DNA of 53,445 nucleotides, counting the filler, from Thelocarpon superellum (taxonomy: Eukaryota): assembly GCA_026025795.1 (NCBI GenBank). It is 2 parts of 2 records of this genome, joined end to end, with 100 filler letters (N's around TTAATTAATTAA, not from the genome) between each part and the next. Parts side by side here need not be neighbours in the genome. Positions count along the whole stretch, not along the records: positions 1 to 26,725 come from JAPEUG010000255.1; 1 more part is not named here. One strand, given 5' to 3'. Below are positions 12,839-25,795 of this stretch, one piece after another. Each line of letters begins with the position of its first letter. The stretch's first letter is position 1. A model generated the notes under the pieces. It saw nothing but the letters and a program-made list of their open reading frames with translations, ran no database searches and was not told the DNA's origin. Both the position numbers and the translations under genes were made by a program.

Positions 12839-15800
12839 TCACGAGAAGAGACTCCGCCCACTTGCCGCCATCGCAGCGGTGCGTGCACCCCAAGGGGAAG
12901 ACGACGATGATGCGTCGTCGTGGTCTCTCTGGTCTCTCTTCCTCCTCCTCTTCTCTTCCCCCGTCTCTCTTTCTCTTCCTTTTTCTCGTCCACGATCTCT
13001 CCCTCTCCCCATCTTTCTCATTTCCTCCATCTCCTTGTCCCTTTCCCTCCGGCCCCCATCGACACTGGCGCTCACACTCGCACTGACGCTGTGATCTCGA
13101 CTAGCTTCTTCCCTGTAGAAGTCTATCCCGTCCTCCATTGCTTTCTGCAGAGCGTGCAGTTTCGCAAAGAGAGATTCGTCATCGTCCTCATCCCCTTCCG
13201 CGTCGTCGTCGTCGTCCTTCTCCTCGAGTGCGTCTGCGTGCGCCAGCGCGGTAGCTGTTCTCCTGGAGCTGACTGTGGGGGGCGAGGCGTCGTCTGAGTC
13301 CGAGTCCAGTATCACCACGTCTGCTTCTTGCTTTGCATTGGCATTGGCATTGGCAGCAGGACCCTCCTCGTCCGAGTCATCGAGAGTTATGACGCTCTCA
13401 TTCGTAGACAGTGTATTTACCGGCTCGGACTTGAATGGAGGTGGAGGTGGACGTTGCGGTGCCGATGCAGGCGCTGAAGCAGGAATGTGGTTGAATGAAC
13501 TTCGGTGCACGTGTCCGTTCATGCCCGGCATCGTCGACGTCAATCGGACAGGCCGCGGAGGAGGCGACATGGAGTGCGAGTGAGATTTACTGAATGACGG
13601 CGTGAGACGTTTGATCGATCGCGGTCGGGACGGAGGCGACACTTCCTCCTCCTCGTCCTCATCCAGCGCCCGCTTTCTCCGTATACCCGTCTCCGTCTGC
13701 TCCGCGGAGGTCGGGACCGTGACGCCGTTCGCGAGAGTCTGGAGCCCGGCGGCTTTTAAACGCCAGTAATCCGAGCGGATCGTGTCCCGCACAGGGAGAG
13801 GTTTGCCAATCGCCGAGCGAGCATGAAAGAGGACGGAAGGGCTGAGGAGGCTCTTGCCGGAGAGATAAGATGACGATCGCATCGATGACGTGCTGCTTGC
13901 CGTTGATCCGCGGCTTTTCTTGGTGCGCCGAAGTGACGATTGAGGAGAGCCGCGGAGCGGAGGGCTCTGCTGAGGTGGACTGTTCTGGGCGGGGTTGGTC
14001 TGGAAGAGGCTGCTGACGTTGGGAACCGTCTTGGAGCGTTGATGATGGCTCGATCCGGGATGAGCGGGTGGAGGCTCGAGAAACGCCCGGCTCGTCGTCG
14101 ACTGAAGGAACAAAGAGGTGTCGTCGTCGCCCTTGCGCTTTTTCGATTGCTGCTGGCTGATCAGGAGACTCATGCGCTGTCGACTCCGTCGGCCTCGTTC
14201 TCTCATCCCCCGTCGCTGCGCCGCGTACTTCCATCGGTAAAAGTACCGCTCTTGCAACTTGCGCTGCCGGAACTCGACCGCCATCTGCTCGTCGTACTCT
14301 TCATACGCTGCCTGGACCAAGTCGGGGATGATGAACTCGATGAAGTTATCGAGAAGGCCTCCTTCTCCACTCACGAGCCAACGCGTGACTTGATCCGGCA
14401 CCGGCCGAGGCACCTTGACGGGTGGTGGGTTGGGTTTGGCAGGAGCGATGCTGACGGCCGGGCTACCGAACATTTGGCGTGTCGGCTGTCCTTGCGATGT
14501 CCCCGTGCTCGGGATCGTCTCATTCCGTGAGCTTGGTCGTTTAAGAATGCTCGGCAGCGGCATTGGATTTGACATGGCTTGCTTCGTCGACATTGCTTCA
14601 TCCTTGTCCTCATCCGAATCGCCACTGATGAACATCGGATTCCGTGGCGCCCGACTTTCAGGAGTACTCGTCTTCGCGTCAGAGGCGCCAGGTGGAGAGA
14701 AAGATGACGGAAACGAGCTCTTAGATGGCGCCTGTGAGGCTGGCGAGCCAAACTGGAATGGTGCAGGGCTTGCAGTCATGGTCCCCTCCTTGGCACTCAA
14801 GACGGATGGTTCCGCGACAGCTAGCACCGAGGGAGGTGTGTTCGCGGCGGGAAAGGAGAAAGTCGGTGCGGTGGGATTCAGTCCGGTTCCTGGAGACGTC
14901 GAGGGCACTGGCTGGGGCGTGTTCATGCTTCCAAAGTTGAACGAGGGCAAAGGCGTCAATGCTGCCGGAGGTGCCGTAGTCGAAGGATCGAGGTTGAGAG
15001 GGGCGGAGGCAGCAGGAGAAAGAGGTTTTAAAGGGGCTAGAAACCCAGCATGAGAACCGAAACTCACGGCCTTTGCTGGTGAAGACACTGTTCCACTCGT
15101 GTCTTTCGAGCTAGCCGCCGAGTCTTCCGTTGATGGCTGGCCGGGCGCTCCAAAAGGATAGGAAGATCCACCACTTACGGCTCCAGTACCGAAGCCACTT
15201 GGACGACCAAACCCGAACGTGTTTGACTGTGGAGCTGCGATCCCAGCTGGGGCAGCGGTGGCAGCTGTGACGCCAAACCCTAATTGCTGATTTGCACCCA
15301 AAGCCGCCGAGATGGTCGAGGGACCTCCGAAGGTGAAAGAGCCAGATGGAGCGGGTGGCTTGGTTTCGGTAGCGGGAGCAGGTTGTGCAAACGGATTGGC
15401 TTGGGGTGCGGCAGCCGGCTTTGCAAAGGGATTCGACGCCGGTTGGCCCGGCGCGGTGGAGGCGAAGGAAGGCTTCCCGAAGCTGGACGCGCCACTTTGA
15501 GCGGATCCGAAAGGATGCAAGGCCAAAGGGGTCATTGTGGCCACGGGAGCGACGGATGGAGCGCCGGTGGTAGTTGGTGCGGCTCCAAACGGCTGAAAGG
15601 TCGGTGCGGTCAGGGCCATCGGAGCTGCCGCAGCCAGCACAGGTGCGGCCGAGACAGGGGGAGTAACGTCGCTGGAGATCGCCCCAGCAGCTCGGGCCTG
15701 GCGGACGGTCAATCCGTTGATGACCGCGGGCAAGGTGCGGCCGTGACGTTTGAACTCCACGAGGCTTTGGGAAAAGGGCTGCCCCAAGGCGGAACTGGGG

Positions 15801-17334
15801 TCATCAAGATCCTCCGCTCCCGAATTCAGCACCAGGTACGGCTCTCCGTCCTTTCCTTCGTCCAGCTCCAGGCCACAGGCTTCGCAAAAGGCCCACGTCT
15901 GATCCTCGTTGTCGAATCCGAGCATGTCCGTCACGTGGCGTAGGGTGCAGTCTTGCATCGTCGCCGGTGATCGATAGCCGGTGCGGATGGCCATGAGCGC
16001 ATTCTTCCGGATGTGGTTGAAATGAATCTCCGCCACACAAGCCATGGTATATGCGACACGAGTGGACTTGATCAGGCGGAAAAATTTGCCGCAATTGTTC
16101 TGCGCGATGGAATTGTTACCCGTGGGCTTCAGGGGCCCGTGCAAGTCATTCGTATTCCCCGCTGCCGCGTACAGCTCGAGGGCGGTCCGCAGGCGCGGGT
16201 GGTGGAACAAGTCTGGGCGTCGCATGCCCAGGATCATGGCTTCGCGCTCAATGTCCTGGTCGTGGAAGTGCATGATGATGTTGTAGGCTCGAAACTCCGC
16301 TTCGTGCTCGCTCGTGAGCTTGCGCAAGGCGCAGAGATCGTAGAATTCCATCAAGGACAGCAGCGTCTTGTTGAGTTGTTCTCGCTCGTTGTGTGCCGTG
16401 AAGCCCTGGTCCTCCATGTCCGGTCGCGCGAAGGTGTGGAGCGAGTGGATGTGGAAGCGGGCGATGCGCTCGTAGCAGTCGATGGCGACGAGGAGGTCGG
16501 CAGTCTTGGCGCCCTGGACGTTTTGGATGGTGAAGTCGTTCCGGATGCTCCTGGTGCGGTCCCACAGGAAGGCGTGGGTGCGGCTCAGCGGCTTGGGTCC
16601 GCCGACGATGTCCTGAATCAAGTAGTCCAGCGTTTTCTGGAGACATCAGCAGTCGTACGCGAGGATGCGGACCAGGCGGCTGACCTTCAGGATGGGCGGC
16701 GGGCGCACGTCGGACGGCAGCTGTGCTTCGTCCCCCGCGGCCGATCGTCGAAAGCGTTTGACCATGAGCTCTTGCCTGGCCACCTCGAGTCCGTCCGGAC
16801 CGGCCGTCTTCTCACAGCCATCGACCGCCTTCTGCACGATCCGTTCGACCCGTTCGAACTCGGGACACATGTCCGGACACGTGCCGGTGAAGGTGATGGC
16901 ATCCTCCAAGCGCCGCTGCTTGTTCGCGTCGTCGACGAGATTGTTGGCCACGGCGTGGGCCCGTTCTTTCTCGCGGCTCTTCTTGAGCTGTGGCACCGTG
17001 CCGACGTTAGGAGAGATCCCGAGCCGTCGGAGAAGGACGGGCGACTCACCGTGGCGAAGTAGTCCGTCAGGTTGCTTTGCTTGGACGACCATCCATCCTC
17101 CCGCGCCACGCCAAACCCCGACGGTCGCGAGATGGATTTACCCGGGCCATCCGAGTCGCTCGAGTCCGTCGCGACCTGCTGGCTCAAGGGTGAGGCTTTC
17201 CTGGCTCCCGTGCCCCGTCCCCGGGAGCCGAAGCCACGGCCAACACCGTTGCTGTCTCGCCCCCGGGTCAGACTGCCGACACCGCTGGGCGCGCCGTTCC
17301 CTCTTCCCCCTCGTCCCCGACCGCGAGGCAGCAT
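12839..17334 (-). CDS. SAC3: TREX-2 scaffold Sac3/GANP
   Basis: GTCPDMCPEFERVER, VKRFRRSAAG...PSDVRPP, FLWDRTRSIRNDFTIQ and ERIARFHIHSLH, followed by an FG-rich region. Introns 16988-17049 and 16637-16684. Confidence 0.93.
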
Positions 17335-17802
17335 AGCTGCTATCTCTGGCTCGGGCGGTGGTGAGGCATCAAGCCGTGGGGGCTGACGTCGGCGTGAGTC
17401 GACCGGTGCGCGAGTGGTAGGCGCTGGATCAACATGGAGGCGTGCGGTGGGACCGGTGCATGGCACGAGGGTGAGGGTGAGGGTAAGGATGAGATGATGC
17501 TATCCTGCCACGCGCACGGGATCTAGCGCCAGGTCATCAGCATGAGGGCGAGCTCAATCTCCAGTTCTTTGTGTCATCAGGCCCGTCGCGCCGGATGGAT
17601 GTGTGTCAGAGAGCAACAGGGCCATTGATCAACAGACTCAGTTGGACGTAGTGATGCTCCCACTCTCCGGGCCCAGAGCTCTATATTACGTAAGCTACCG
17701 CCGTCGCTCGTTGTCAGGCTCTTGGCCTCTTGTCACTAGAAGCAGATTGATTGATTGTCCTCCTAGCCAGGCTAAGCTACGGCTGCTATATGTGGATGCT
17801 GC

Positions 17803-17829
17803 AGGGTCACGTGGACGCCACGTGACCCT
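17803..17829. promoter_or_regulatory. perfect inverted repeat holding two GTCACGTG (Cbf1/CDEI-type) sites in the SAC3-NTA1 divergent promoter
   Basis: AGGGTCACGTGG-acg-CCACGTGACCCT, with 12-bp perfect arms. Confidence 0.6.
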
Positions 17830-17995
17830 ACGGGTCCTCACATCCCTCACACTCGTCGTGACTCAATTGTCCCCCGTCACCCAGCGACGAGGGGGACGAC
17901 GAGGTGATCCATCTACGTGACCACAATGGTACATGCGGGAATTCCCATGCCTGACCAACATCAGATCAAGTGCATATTGCCTCCCGCTTTGTACC

Positions 17996-18945
17996 ATGCG
18001 ACTCGCGTGTCTGCAAATGGCAGGCGTGCTGGGGGATGTTGAGGGCAACATCTCACGGGCCAACGCCCTGCTCGAGGCGGCCAAGCCCACCGACCTGGAC
18101 CTGTTGATGCTACCCGAGCTGGCTTTCTCCGGTACCTTACGGCGTCCGTCGTGATCGATGATGGTGCTGGTCGTTGATCTCGTCAAGGCTACAACCACCC
18201 GTCTTTGGCCGCCATCACGCCTTATCTCGAGCCGACGTCGGCCGGTCCATCGACCCGATGGGCGGTGGATACGGCACGGCGACTGCGCTGCCACGTCTCC
18301 GTTGGCTACCCCGAGATTGTTGCCGCAGGAACATCGTCTACTGATGCACCAGTACACTACAACGCCGTCGTCCTCGTCTCGCCGGACGGGGCGGTGGTGA
18401 TGCACTACCGGAAGCGCTACCTGTACTACACGGACGAGACGTGGGCCAAGGAAGGGGACGCCGACTTCTCGACGCAGCGCGTCACGGGGCTGGATCACGA
18501 CGTGACCATGGGCATCTGCATGGACCTGAATACCTACCGCTTCGAGCCGCCCTACGATCGCTATGACTTCAGCACGCAGGCCACCATGAGCCACGCCTCC
18601 CTGGTGCTCATGACCATGGCCTGGCTCTCGCCGCGTGAAACGGCCTGGCCGGCCGACGAGGTGCCGCACCCGGACAACGACACCATCGCCTACTGGCTCT
18701 GGCGCTTGACGCCGTTGGCGCAGGCCCGGGGCCAAGACGAGGTCATCGTCGTGCTCTGCAACCGCAGTGGTATTGAGGGAGAGGCCCACTATGCCGGGAG
18801 CAGCGCGGTGATGGGGATGAAGGACGGAGAGGTGACGGTGTATGGAGTGCTGGGACGAGGCGTGGAGGAACTGCTGGTGGCAGATACTACGGTGAAAAGG
18901 GGCACGATTGTCAGAGAGGCCTTCACGGTGCCGGTTGGGGAGTGA
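17996..18945 (+). CDS. NTA1: protein N-terminal amidase (carbon-nitrogen hydrolase family)
   Basis: MRLACLQ, DLLMLPELAFSGYN, YRKRYLYYTDETWA, MGICMDLNTYRFE and NRSGIEGEAHYAGSS (E-K-C nitrilase triad). Intron 18132-18187. Confidence 0.92.
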
Positions 18946-19774
18946 GCTTGTCAATTGACTAGATGAGAGATGATAGGACGAAGGAAGATGGCATGATATC
19001 AATCCACTAAGGTTTCCACCCCCTTTACTTGAATCTTCCATTCATTAATTCTTTCCTGCTTTCTCTTGAGACTCCCCGATCGTACACATAACACCGCCGT
19101 GCCATTGCTATAGGCATTGCCACTGCCACCACCATTGAGATTTGAGATTTGAGACTTGAGAATCTTCATTCCATTCCATTGCCAGCACCGTGCCAGTACC
19201 GTACCGTGCCATAGCCCTTGTTGACTCCCTTCCAAGCAGTGGACTAGACCGTCCCGTGCACAGTCTATCCGCCATGTGCACTACATGGGTGAAGAAGGTA
19301 GGAAGCGCCGGGTGAGGGGGAAGGGGAAGGTGTGGGTGCCACGCGTGCAATACTCCGCCGCAACCGCAGCCGCAGATGGATTGGTGGGTGGAAGCAGCGG
19401 GCTGAGCCGCGAGGAGACAGACGGGCCCCCGCACGGGCACAGAAGCAGGCCCAGGATCGGGAATAGAAGCACAAACAGAAATAAACACCGGGAGTCGCAC
19501 GCAAAGGAAATCGTCTCTGTGGAGGAGGCCGGGCTGGACTAGAGGAATGCCATGGCTGTGGCCGTGGCCCTGGTCATGGCCGTAACACGGTTCGTCCATG
19601 ATCTCTTCCGCGCATGCACAGATGTTGAGCGTGCAGGGGTTGCGCGTCCGAGACGAGGTGTGAGGAGGGTGAGAAGGCGGGTGACGGTGAGGGGTGGAAG
19701 GTCCAGGCAGGTCGAGAGGAGGAGATGAGATGGAGATGGGCACGACACGGGGGCAACTATGATCGTCGGCCGAC

Positions 19775-20900
19775 CTAACTTTCCTCGGTGCCGTTTCCTC
19801 CGCTGGTGTTGCCGTCCTCACCCCGCGCCGTCAGGCCCGCGCTCTGGCACGTCTTCTTCCACGTCTCCGCCTCGCGCCACGCCCGCTCACACTCGTTCTT
19901 CAGCTTGTCGACGCTGGCGCTGAGCTCGGCGATAGCCTGCTCCGTCAACAGCTTCTCCAGCGTCCACTTCTCGATGTTCTGCGCCTCGTTCTCCTTCAGC
20001 TGCGTAATGAAGGCGACGGCGCGTTGCAAGATCGAGCCCTTGTTCTTCTCGCAACCCGGCACGATCTTCGCCAGCTCGTTGATGCCTTCATTGATCGTCT
20101 CACGCCGACGTCGCTCGACTGGGGTTTGTTAGCACGGCGTACGCGGGGCGTGTCAACAGACTTCACGGGGGACGCACCTTCTTTGTGATTGTCTCGCCGT
20201 ACACGATGCCATTCCTCCGAACCCACGGCCGGCTTCTGACCGCCGGTGGAGTCGCGGCCCGAGCCATCACGTAAGGCCTCGAGGTCAAAGTTCTGGCCGC
20301 TGGCGTGGCTGTCACCCTCGCCCAGGTTGAAGGACGGGTCCAGATTTCGATCGCCGTCGCCCGACGCGGTGCTCGCAAAGGAGAGATCCGTAGGCTGAGG
20401 CACCGTCATGGTGGGGAAGAGACCGGCCAGGGCCGCCACCGCGGTCGAGGTGGCATCCGAAGCATTCGATGCGCCATTCGATTGCGCCCCGCCTTCCGTG
20501 CCATGCTGTTGCGTCAACGCGTTGACGTCGGGCGCAGCGGTCGAAGAAGCAGTCGCGTCATCTGTCAGGCCACGCGGTCAGTCGAGGGTCTCGGCGCCAG
20601 GCGCATCTGTGAGGGGAACTGACTGGACGCCTCATTCGTCTTTTCGGCTTGGCCCTTGGGAGCCTCGGCGGTCGCAGCGACCGTGTTGGGCGACACTACT
20701 CGTTTGCTCGTCCGCCGTCCACTCGCGGCGGGGCTTCGCAGGTGGCCGTCATCTTGCTCGGCGGTCTCTCGTTTCCGCTTGTGGGTGGGGGAGGCATTCG
20801 TCGCCTTGCTCGTTTCTTCGTGAGCCGCCATTTCCGTAGGAAGATCGTGGTCGTTGACGGTCGGTAAGCTTGGTGGAGGCAGGACGGCAGCTTCGGACAT
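19775..20900 (-). CDS. CBF1: bHLH-zipper transcription factor Cbf1
   Basis: KPAVGSEEWHRVRRDNHKE|VERRRRETINEGINELAKIVPGCEKNKGSILQRAV...NIEKWTLEKLLTEQAI. Introns 20562-20623 and 20119-20177. Confidence 0.93.
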
Positions 20901-22213
20901 AGCACGGCCTCGTCGCTGAGTCACGAGCGGAGGAGGGCGGGCACCACAATAGCCCTGTCGCGACCCTATTCAGTCCTCGTCCGAGCGGATGCAGGGGACG
21001 GTGTAATTGATGGCAGTAGACTTCGTGGTAGATGGGGATCCGCGCGCGATGTCAGGTCGGAGGGTCGACGCAGGCGACTGCACAATGGGCACGACAGAAG
21101 CTGGTGCGACTAGTTCCGCGGCAATGCGCACTGCAGTCGACGAACAAGGTCCGGATTTCTCGAAGGATAGGAGGGTGCGGCGGGGCGATGCAACTGTTCG
21201 AGAGTGGGCTACTGCAGCAAGACGGGCCGCAGTATCGATGGGACTGCAGAGCCATGCTCGTCAGCACGTGTCCCCACGTCGCCGTCGACGTGTCGCGAGA
21301 GGTACATAGAGAGAGCAGGGTGTGGGGGGGGGGGAGGGGGGGACGGGAGAGCGGGAGAGCGGGAGCAAACGTGGGTGCGCCCAGTAGGTGATCCCACGAG
21401 GGAGACGGCAACGCCCATCCGACCTCGATGAGCGCACCACGAGTCACCGGGTGGACACCTGTCGAGGAGCAAACAATAGTGGCTTGTGGCCGGCTGCATC
21501 GCCAGGACCTGGTGAGCGTCCGGCCAACGTGCGCGACCACGGCCTGACGGGTGCTGCGGCGACAAGCCCCGCCGGAGTTGCAGACAAGCAAGCGGGTAGC
21601 ATGGAAGGCATCGCCCAGCAGCGAGGTCTCCAATCCAGGAAACTGCACGGTGTTCGCGCACACGTGGCGGCCAGCAGATCGCTGTGCGCAGAGTGCATTC
21701 CGACGAAGCTTGGAACAACAAGAGGGAAGTGAGGGGCTTACTTGGACGACGGACCTTTTACGACGCGTCGGGGTATACTTCAGGTCAAAGTGCGCGCAAC
21801 TCGCGACCGATGCAAGTTGGGCGATCACGAGCTGGTTCGCGACGCTGTGACAATCGCGAGAATTGTCGTGGTCGTGGTGGACAGGAAGATCTGGCTCGCG
21901 AGCTCGCGGAGTTGCGGTCGAGGACGATGATGAGGTGGTTGAAATGCCGTTGCGCAATGGCTGCGATTGGTCTTGTTGCGGCGGGTGAAATCGGTGATCG
22001 AAGATCGGTACCTTGGCCCAAGCTACAGACTCGGGAGTTATCAGTCGAATCGCCGTGCAGGCACGCAGCAGGGGCCGACGTGGGCGGCGCGACCGGAGCA
22101 CGGAGGACGGAGACCGGAGGTGGGATGGTAGCGATCAGATGACCAGTCTCGTGAGTGCGATCGTTGCGGCCGCTCACGTTATGAGCGGAGGGTTGACTCG
22201 AAGAAGTCGGAGA

Positions 22214-22255
22214 GCAGGTGACGAGAAGGCAGGTGACGAGGTGGCAGGTGACGAG
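22214..22255. repeat. three direct copies of GCAGGTGACGAG at a 15-bp period
   Basis: Copies at 22214, 22229 and 22244. Confidence 0.85.
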
Positions 22256-24102
22256 CGAGAGCGAGGAGCGAAGTGCGAGACGGGGGAGGTAGTCGGGAAA
22301 GAGCGAGAGGAAAAGCCTGCCGTTGGGTAAATGGTGGCACGCACTTTGGCACGGCGTTTGAGCGCCCTTCTCTCGTACCACTGCGGCGATTACAGTCGCG
22401 AGTATTTCGCAGATACGCGTATGAATACGAACAGCGACAGCCCCCATCAGTGCCGCCGTCCAGTAGCCGAGTCGAGCCAGTCACTCGTGCCTACGGGTCC
22501 TTTCGCTGTAACACCTATGCGCGCAAGGGCCCGCTGGTGGGAAGAGCAGGATTCGCGAGTCTCGGTGACGGTGAAACTAGCGCCACTCGTTCTCGAGCTA
22601 ACCGCTACCCTCTGCGTCAAAGGGTGGCGGGAGCCGAGGTTGGGGTCAGGTGACAACCTACATGTTCTTCGCTCGGATTACCTTACCAGGAGGAAAAAGA
22701 ATGTGTTGCTTACGAGTACAAGTACGCTACGAGACGACCCTACCAAACATCATGGACACAGTCGTTGCCGTGGTACCGCAGGTCAGGATGATCTGCTCGT
22801 AGACCATGCGGTGAATGATTCGCACGATGGCTGCCTGGGGTCTCTGTGGGAGCAAATTTACGGGTCGGAGGTTGCACGTGCACTCAAGCCTCCCACCAGC
22901 TCCCCCACCACCCAGCCCCCCCGACCGCCTCGAGTTATCGCGTAAGATACTACTCGCGCTGGGACTGGGCCCCCACCACATCTGTCATCAGGCGCGCTGT
23001 CACATGCCTCGGCGACTTACTCGTCCGCGCGCGCCACTTGCTGGCCCCTCGTACGCCCCGTACCTGAGCGTTTTGTTTTGCCAAGGGACCCTCGTCCCGC
23101 GCATAGCTCGCTGGCGGGACTGGTAACGACGGTACCGCGCCAAAGTTGCACTGAGCTCTCCTTTCTAATGTCGGCGATGCACAGAGGACGCTCGGCATAT
23201 CAGGATGGAAATAACATGCCCTGAGGAATGCCTCCCCACCTGCCGGCGGAGCGGCACTTGCCCGTCGACGCGGGCAGATAGTAGCTGCTCGCACCACGCG
23301 ACGGCAGTACGATGACAGTACTCCTAGAAGACGGCTCCGCAAGGCAGGTGAGGCAAGTGCCGACGTAGCGCAGATCACGGGCCCGCCTTGCCGACCCCGT
23401 GAAGGCCAATTTCCTCGACGAACACCGCCCACGCGTCCTCCAGTGCCGGATAGAGTAGTCCCCAGCAGCGGAGCTGCCACTTGCATCTGCTCACAAAGTC
23501 TCTGCAAACATCGAGGTCGAAGGAGGTTATTTTTTCGATCCCACCGACGAACCGCAGGGCTCGTGCAAATAAGGTGGGAGAGAATGGACGATTATGGCAG
23601 AAAGACGCCAGCGGGGGACCAAATGTCATCCCGACCGGGCACGACCCACCACGCGACCTACCGCAGTAGACCTAGGGAACGGTGCTGAGCGATGGCATAA
23701 GCTCCACTGCATGAGCCCCCTTGGGTGGGTCCGTGAAGAAGCTGGGCCCATCGCGCATTGCCTAGCTTTTGGCGGGCATGTTGACTGGGCTCCTTCCTCT
23801 AGCGTCCTTTGATGACCTATCCCTCCTGCCCTGCTCTACATCTCATCTTCACAAGAGGCATGAGCTCGCCCTGCAACATCTCCATCTCATCGTCTTCCCG
23901 AAGCCTGAACTTCCTCTATCGTCGTCGCGCGCCATGCTGCCACGGATCGAAGGGCCCGCATCGCGCTGCGATCGTGCTCCTCTCCCGAGACCCGGCACGG
24001 CCCACGGGCGCGCCAGTGCCAGTACCGGGGAGGGTGGGTGGGCCCATGTGAAGCGATGGAGCTTCACGATGCATTTTTCCCCCTGTCCGTCCATTGCACG
24101 TC

Positions 24103-24109
24103 TATAAAA
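24103..24109 (+). promoter_or_regulatory. TATA box of the secreted-protein gene
   Basis: TATAAAA in a GC-rich context, about 120 bp before ATG 24225 and followed by a CT-rich leader. Confidence 0.6.
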
Positions 24110-24224
24110 CCCCCTGGGCCGTCGCTCTCCTTCGTGCTTCGTCCCTGCTGTGTCGCAATCGCTCTCTCGATCGCTATCCGTGTCCTTGCCCTCCAGCCTC
24201 ATCCATTCCCTGTGATCCCTCAAC

Positions 24225-25795
24225 ATGGCTCCCGCCGGCATCTTCACGCTCCTGGCAGCGTGCCTGCTGTCCGCCTCGTCGGCGCAGGCGGCTACCCTGA
24301 CGACGCGGGGCGCCGACCACACCTGGACCGGCAACTCGACCACCGACGCCAACCCGGCCTTCGCTTCGGTCGCTGCGCCGCCCGTTCAGTCGCTGCCGCC
24401 GACGCTGCCCCCGAACCACGACGGTAGCCAGACCAGTCACCTCGAGCTTGCCCATGACGTGACCTTCTTCCATGGCCAGTTCACGAACCGCGGCTCGGGA
24501 CCCGTGGCGCATATCGGTAGGCGGTCCTCGCTCGTGCGCGGTGCACGACATGGGCTGCACTGACAGTAGCACTAGGCACGCCCGTCTCGACCGTTGCCAA
24601 CGTGACGATTCCACAGCTGAAGTACCCGGCGGTGATGCTGGAGAAGAGCTCATTGGTGGCGAACGTGAGCTGCACCGACGGCGAAGCCGACGTGACTTTC
24701 ACCGACGACACCGGCTTCAGCGTGGCAGTGGACAACTGGGGATCGATGGGCCCCATCTTCTTCCTCATCACCTACGCGCCGACGTGTGGCGACAAGCATG
24801 CGAGCGGCGAGCGGAGCTACCTGAACGTGAGCAGCTTCACCTCGGACGCGGGGACCAAGACGATCCACGCCAGCATCACCCACGTCGACTTCCAAGACTT
24901 GGTAGACGAGGATGCGGACGTCGAAATCACCATCGGCGACTGGAAGCCGACGTCGCAGAATACGTCGACGGGCCTCGGCCGGCGCGATCTGGACCAGCGC
25001 TGGTCGCACCAGGACACGTACAGCTTCAGCACCCCGACCGGCAACGTCGACACGCCCTGGGGCAAGGGCTTCGACCTCTGGCAAGGCAGCAAGGACGGCG
25101 GGGAGGCGCACGTCTACTGCGTCAACTGCGGCGTTCAGGGCTCCGTCACCTTCTCCACCTCGGTCACTTTCTCTCTGAGCCACGGCATCAAAGTCGGCGC
25201 GCTCCAAGGCAAGGGCCAGATGAAGGCCAGCATCGAGATGGGGGTGGTGACGAGCGCCGACGTGCAGCAGAGCTTCACCGCACCAATTGGCCAGGTCGGC
25301 CTCAGCCCCGTCTCGATCCCCGGCATCTTGTCGCTGGACGCCGACCTCGGCATGACGTCCGGCGCCACGCTCGATCTCGATACGGCGGGCAAGGTGCTTG
25401 GCGGCTTGATCCTCACCTGGGACCAGTTGCAAGCCAACCTCGACATCATGAACCCGCACGCGGCCTCGGTTTCAGGCTTCACCGATCCCCAACTGTCCAC
25501 GGTGTACCCTAATGGCACGGCCAACCTGAATGCGGATGCGTCGGCCTACCTGCAAGGCAGCCTGAGCGTCGGCTTCACCATTCTCCAAGGCCTGATCGCC
25601 AAGAAGTCGGTGTCGTTGATCGTCAAGCCACAGTCCGCCGTGTCAGCCAACTCGAGCTCGGTCGCGAACAGCAAGGCCTGCGGCGGGTTGGACTACTCTA
25701 TTGGTCTCAGCAATGACATCGAGATTGATGTCTCCGGGATGCAGCCGCTCAAGATCAACCACTGGGACGGGCCGCAGCTGAAGTGCAACGCCTGA
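24225..25795 (+). CDS. secreted, beta-rich, Cys-containing protein of unknown function
   Basis: Signal peptide MAPAGIFTLLAACLLSASSAQA, intron 24517-24575 and strong GC3 codon bias. Has KYPAVMLE, YCVNCGVQG, a dibasic LGRRD site and several N-x-S/T sites. Confidence 0.85.

Noticed and set aside
14700..15620. FG repeats suggesting a nucleoporin fused to SAC3
   Set aside because: FG-like motifs are a known feature of Sac3/GANP proteins.
21052..22101. 349-aa minus-strand ORF upstream of CBF1
   Set aside because: Non-ATG start, R/S/P/C-rich composition, no codon bias and no motif.
22214..22255. Spaced direct repeats as a CRISPR-like array
   Set aside because: Eukaryotic DNA, 12-bp repeats with 3-bp spacers, and no cas genes.
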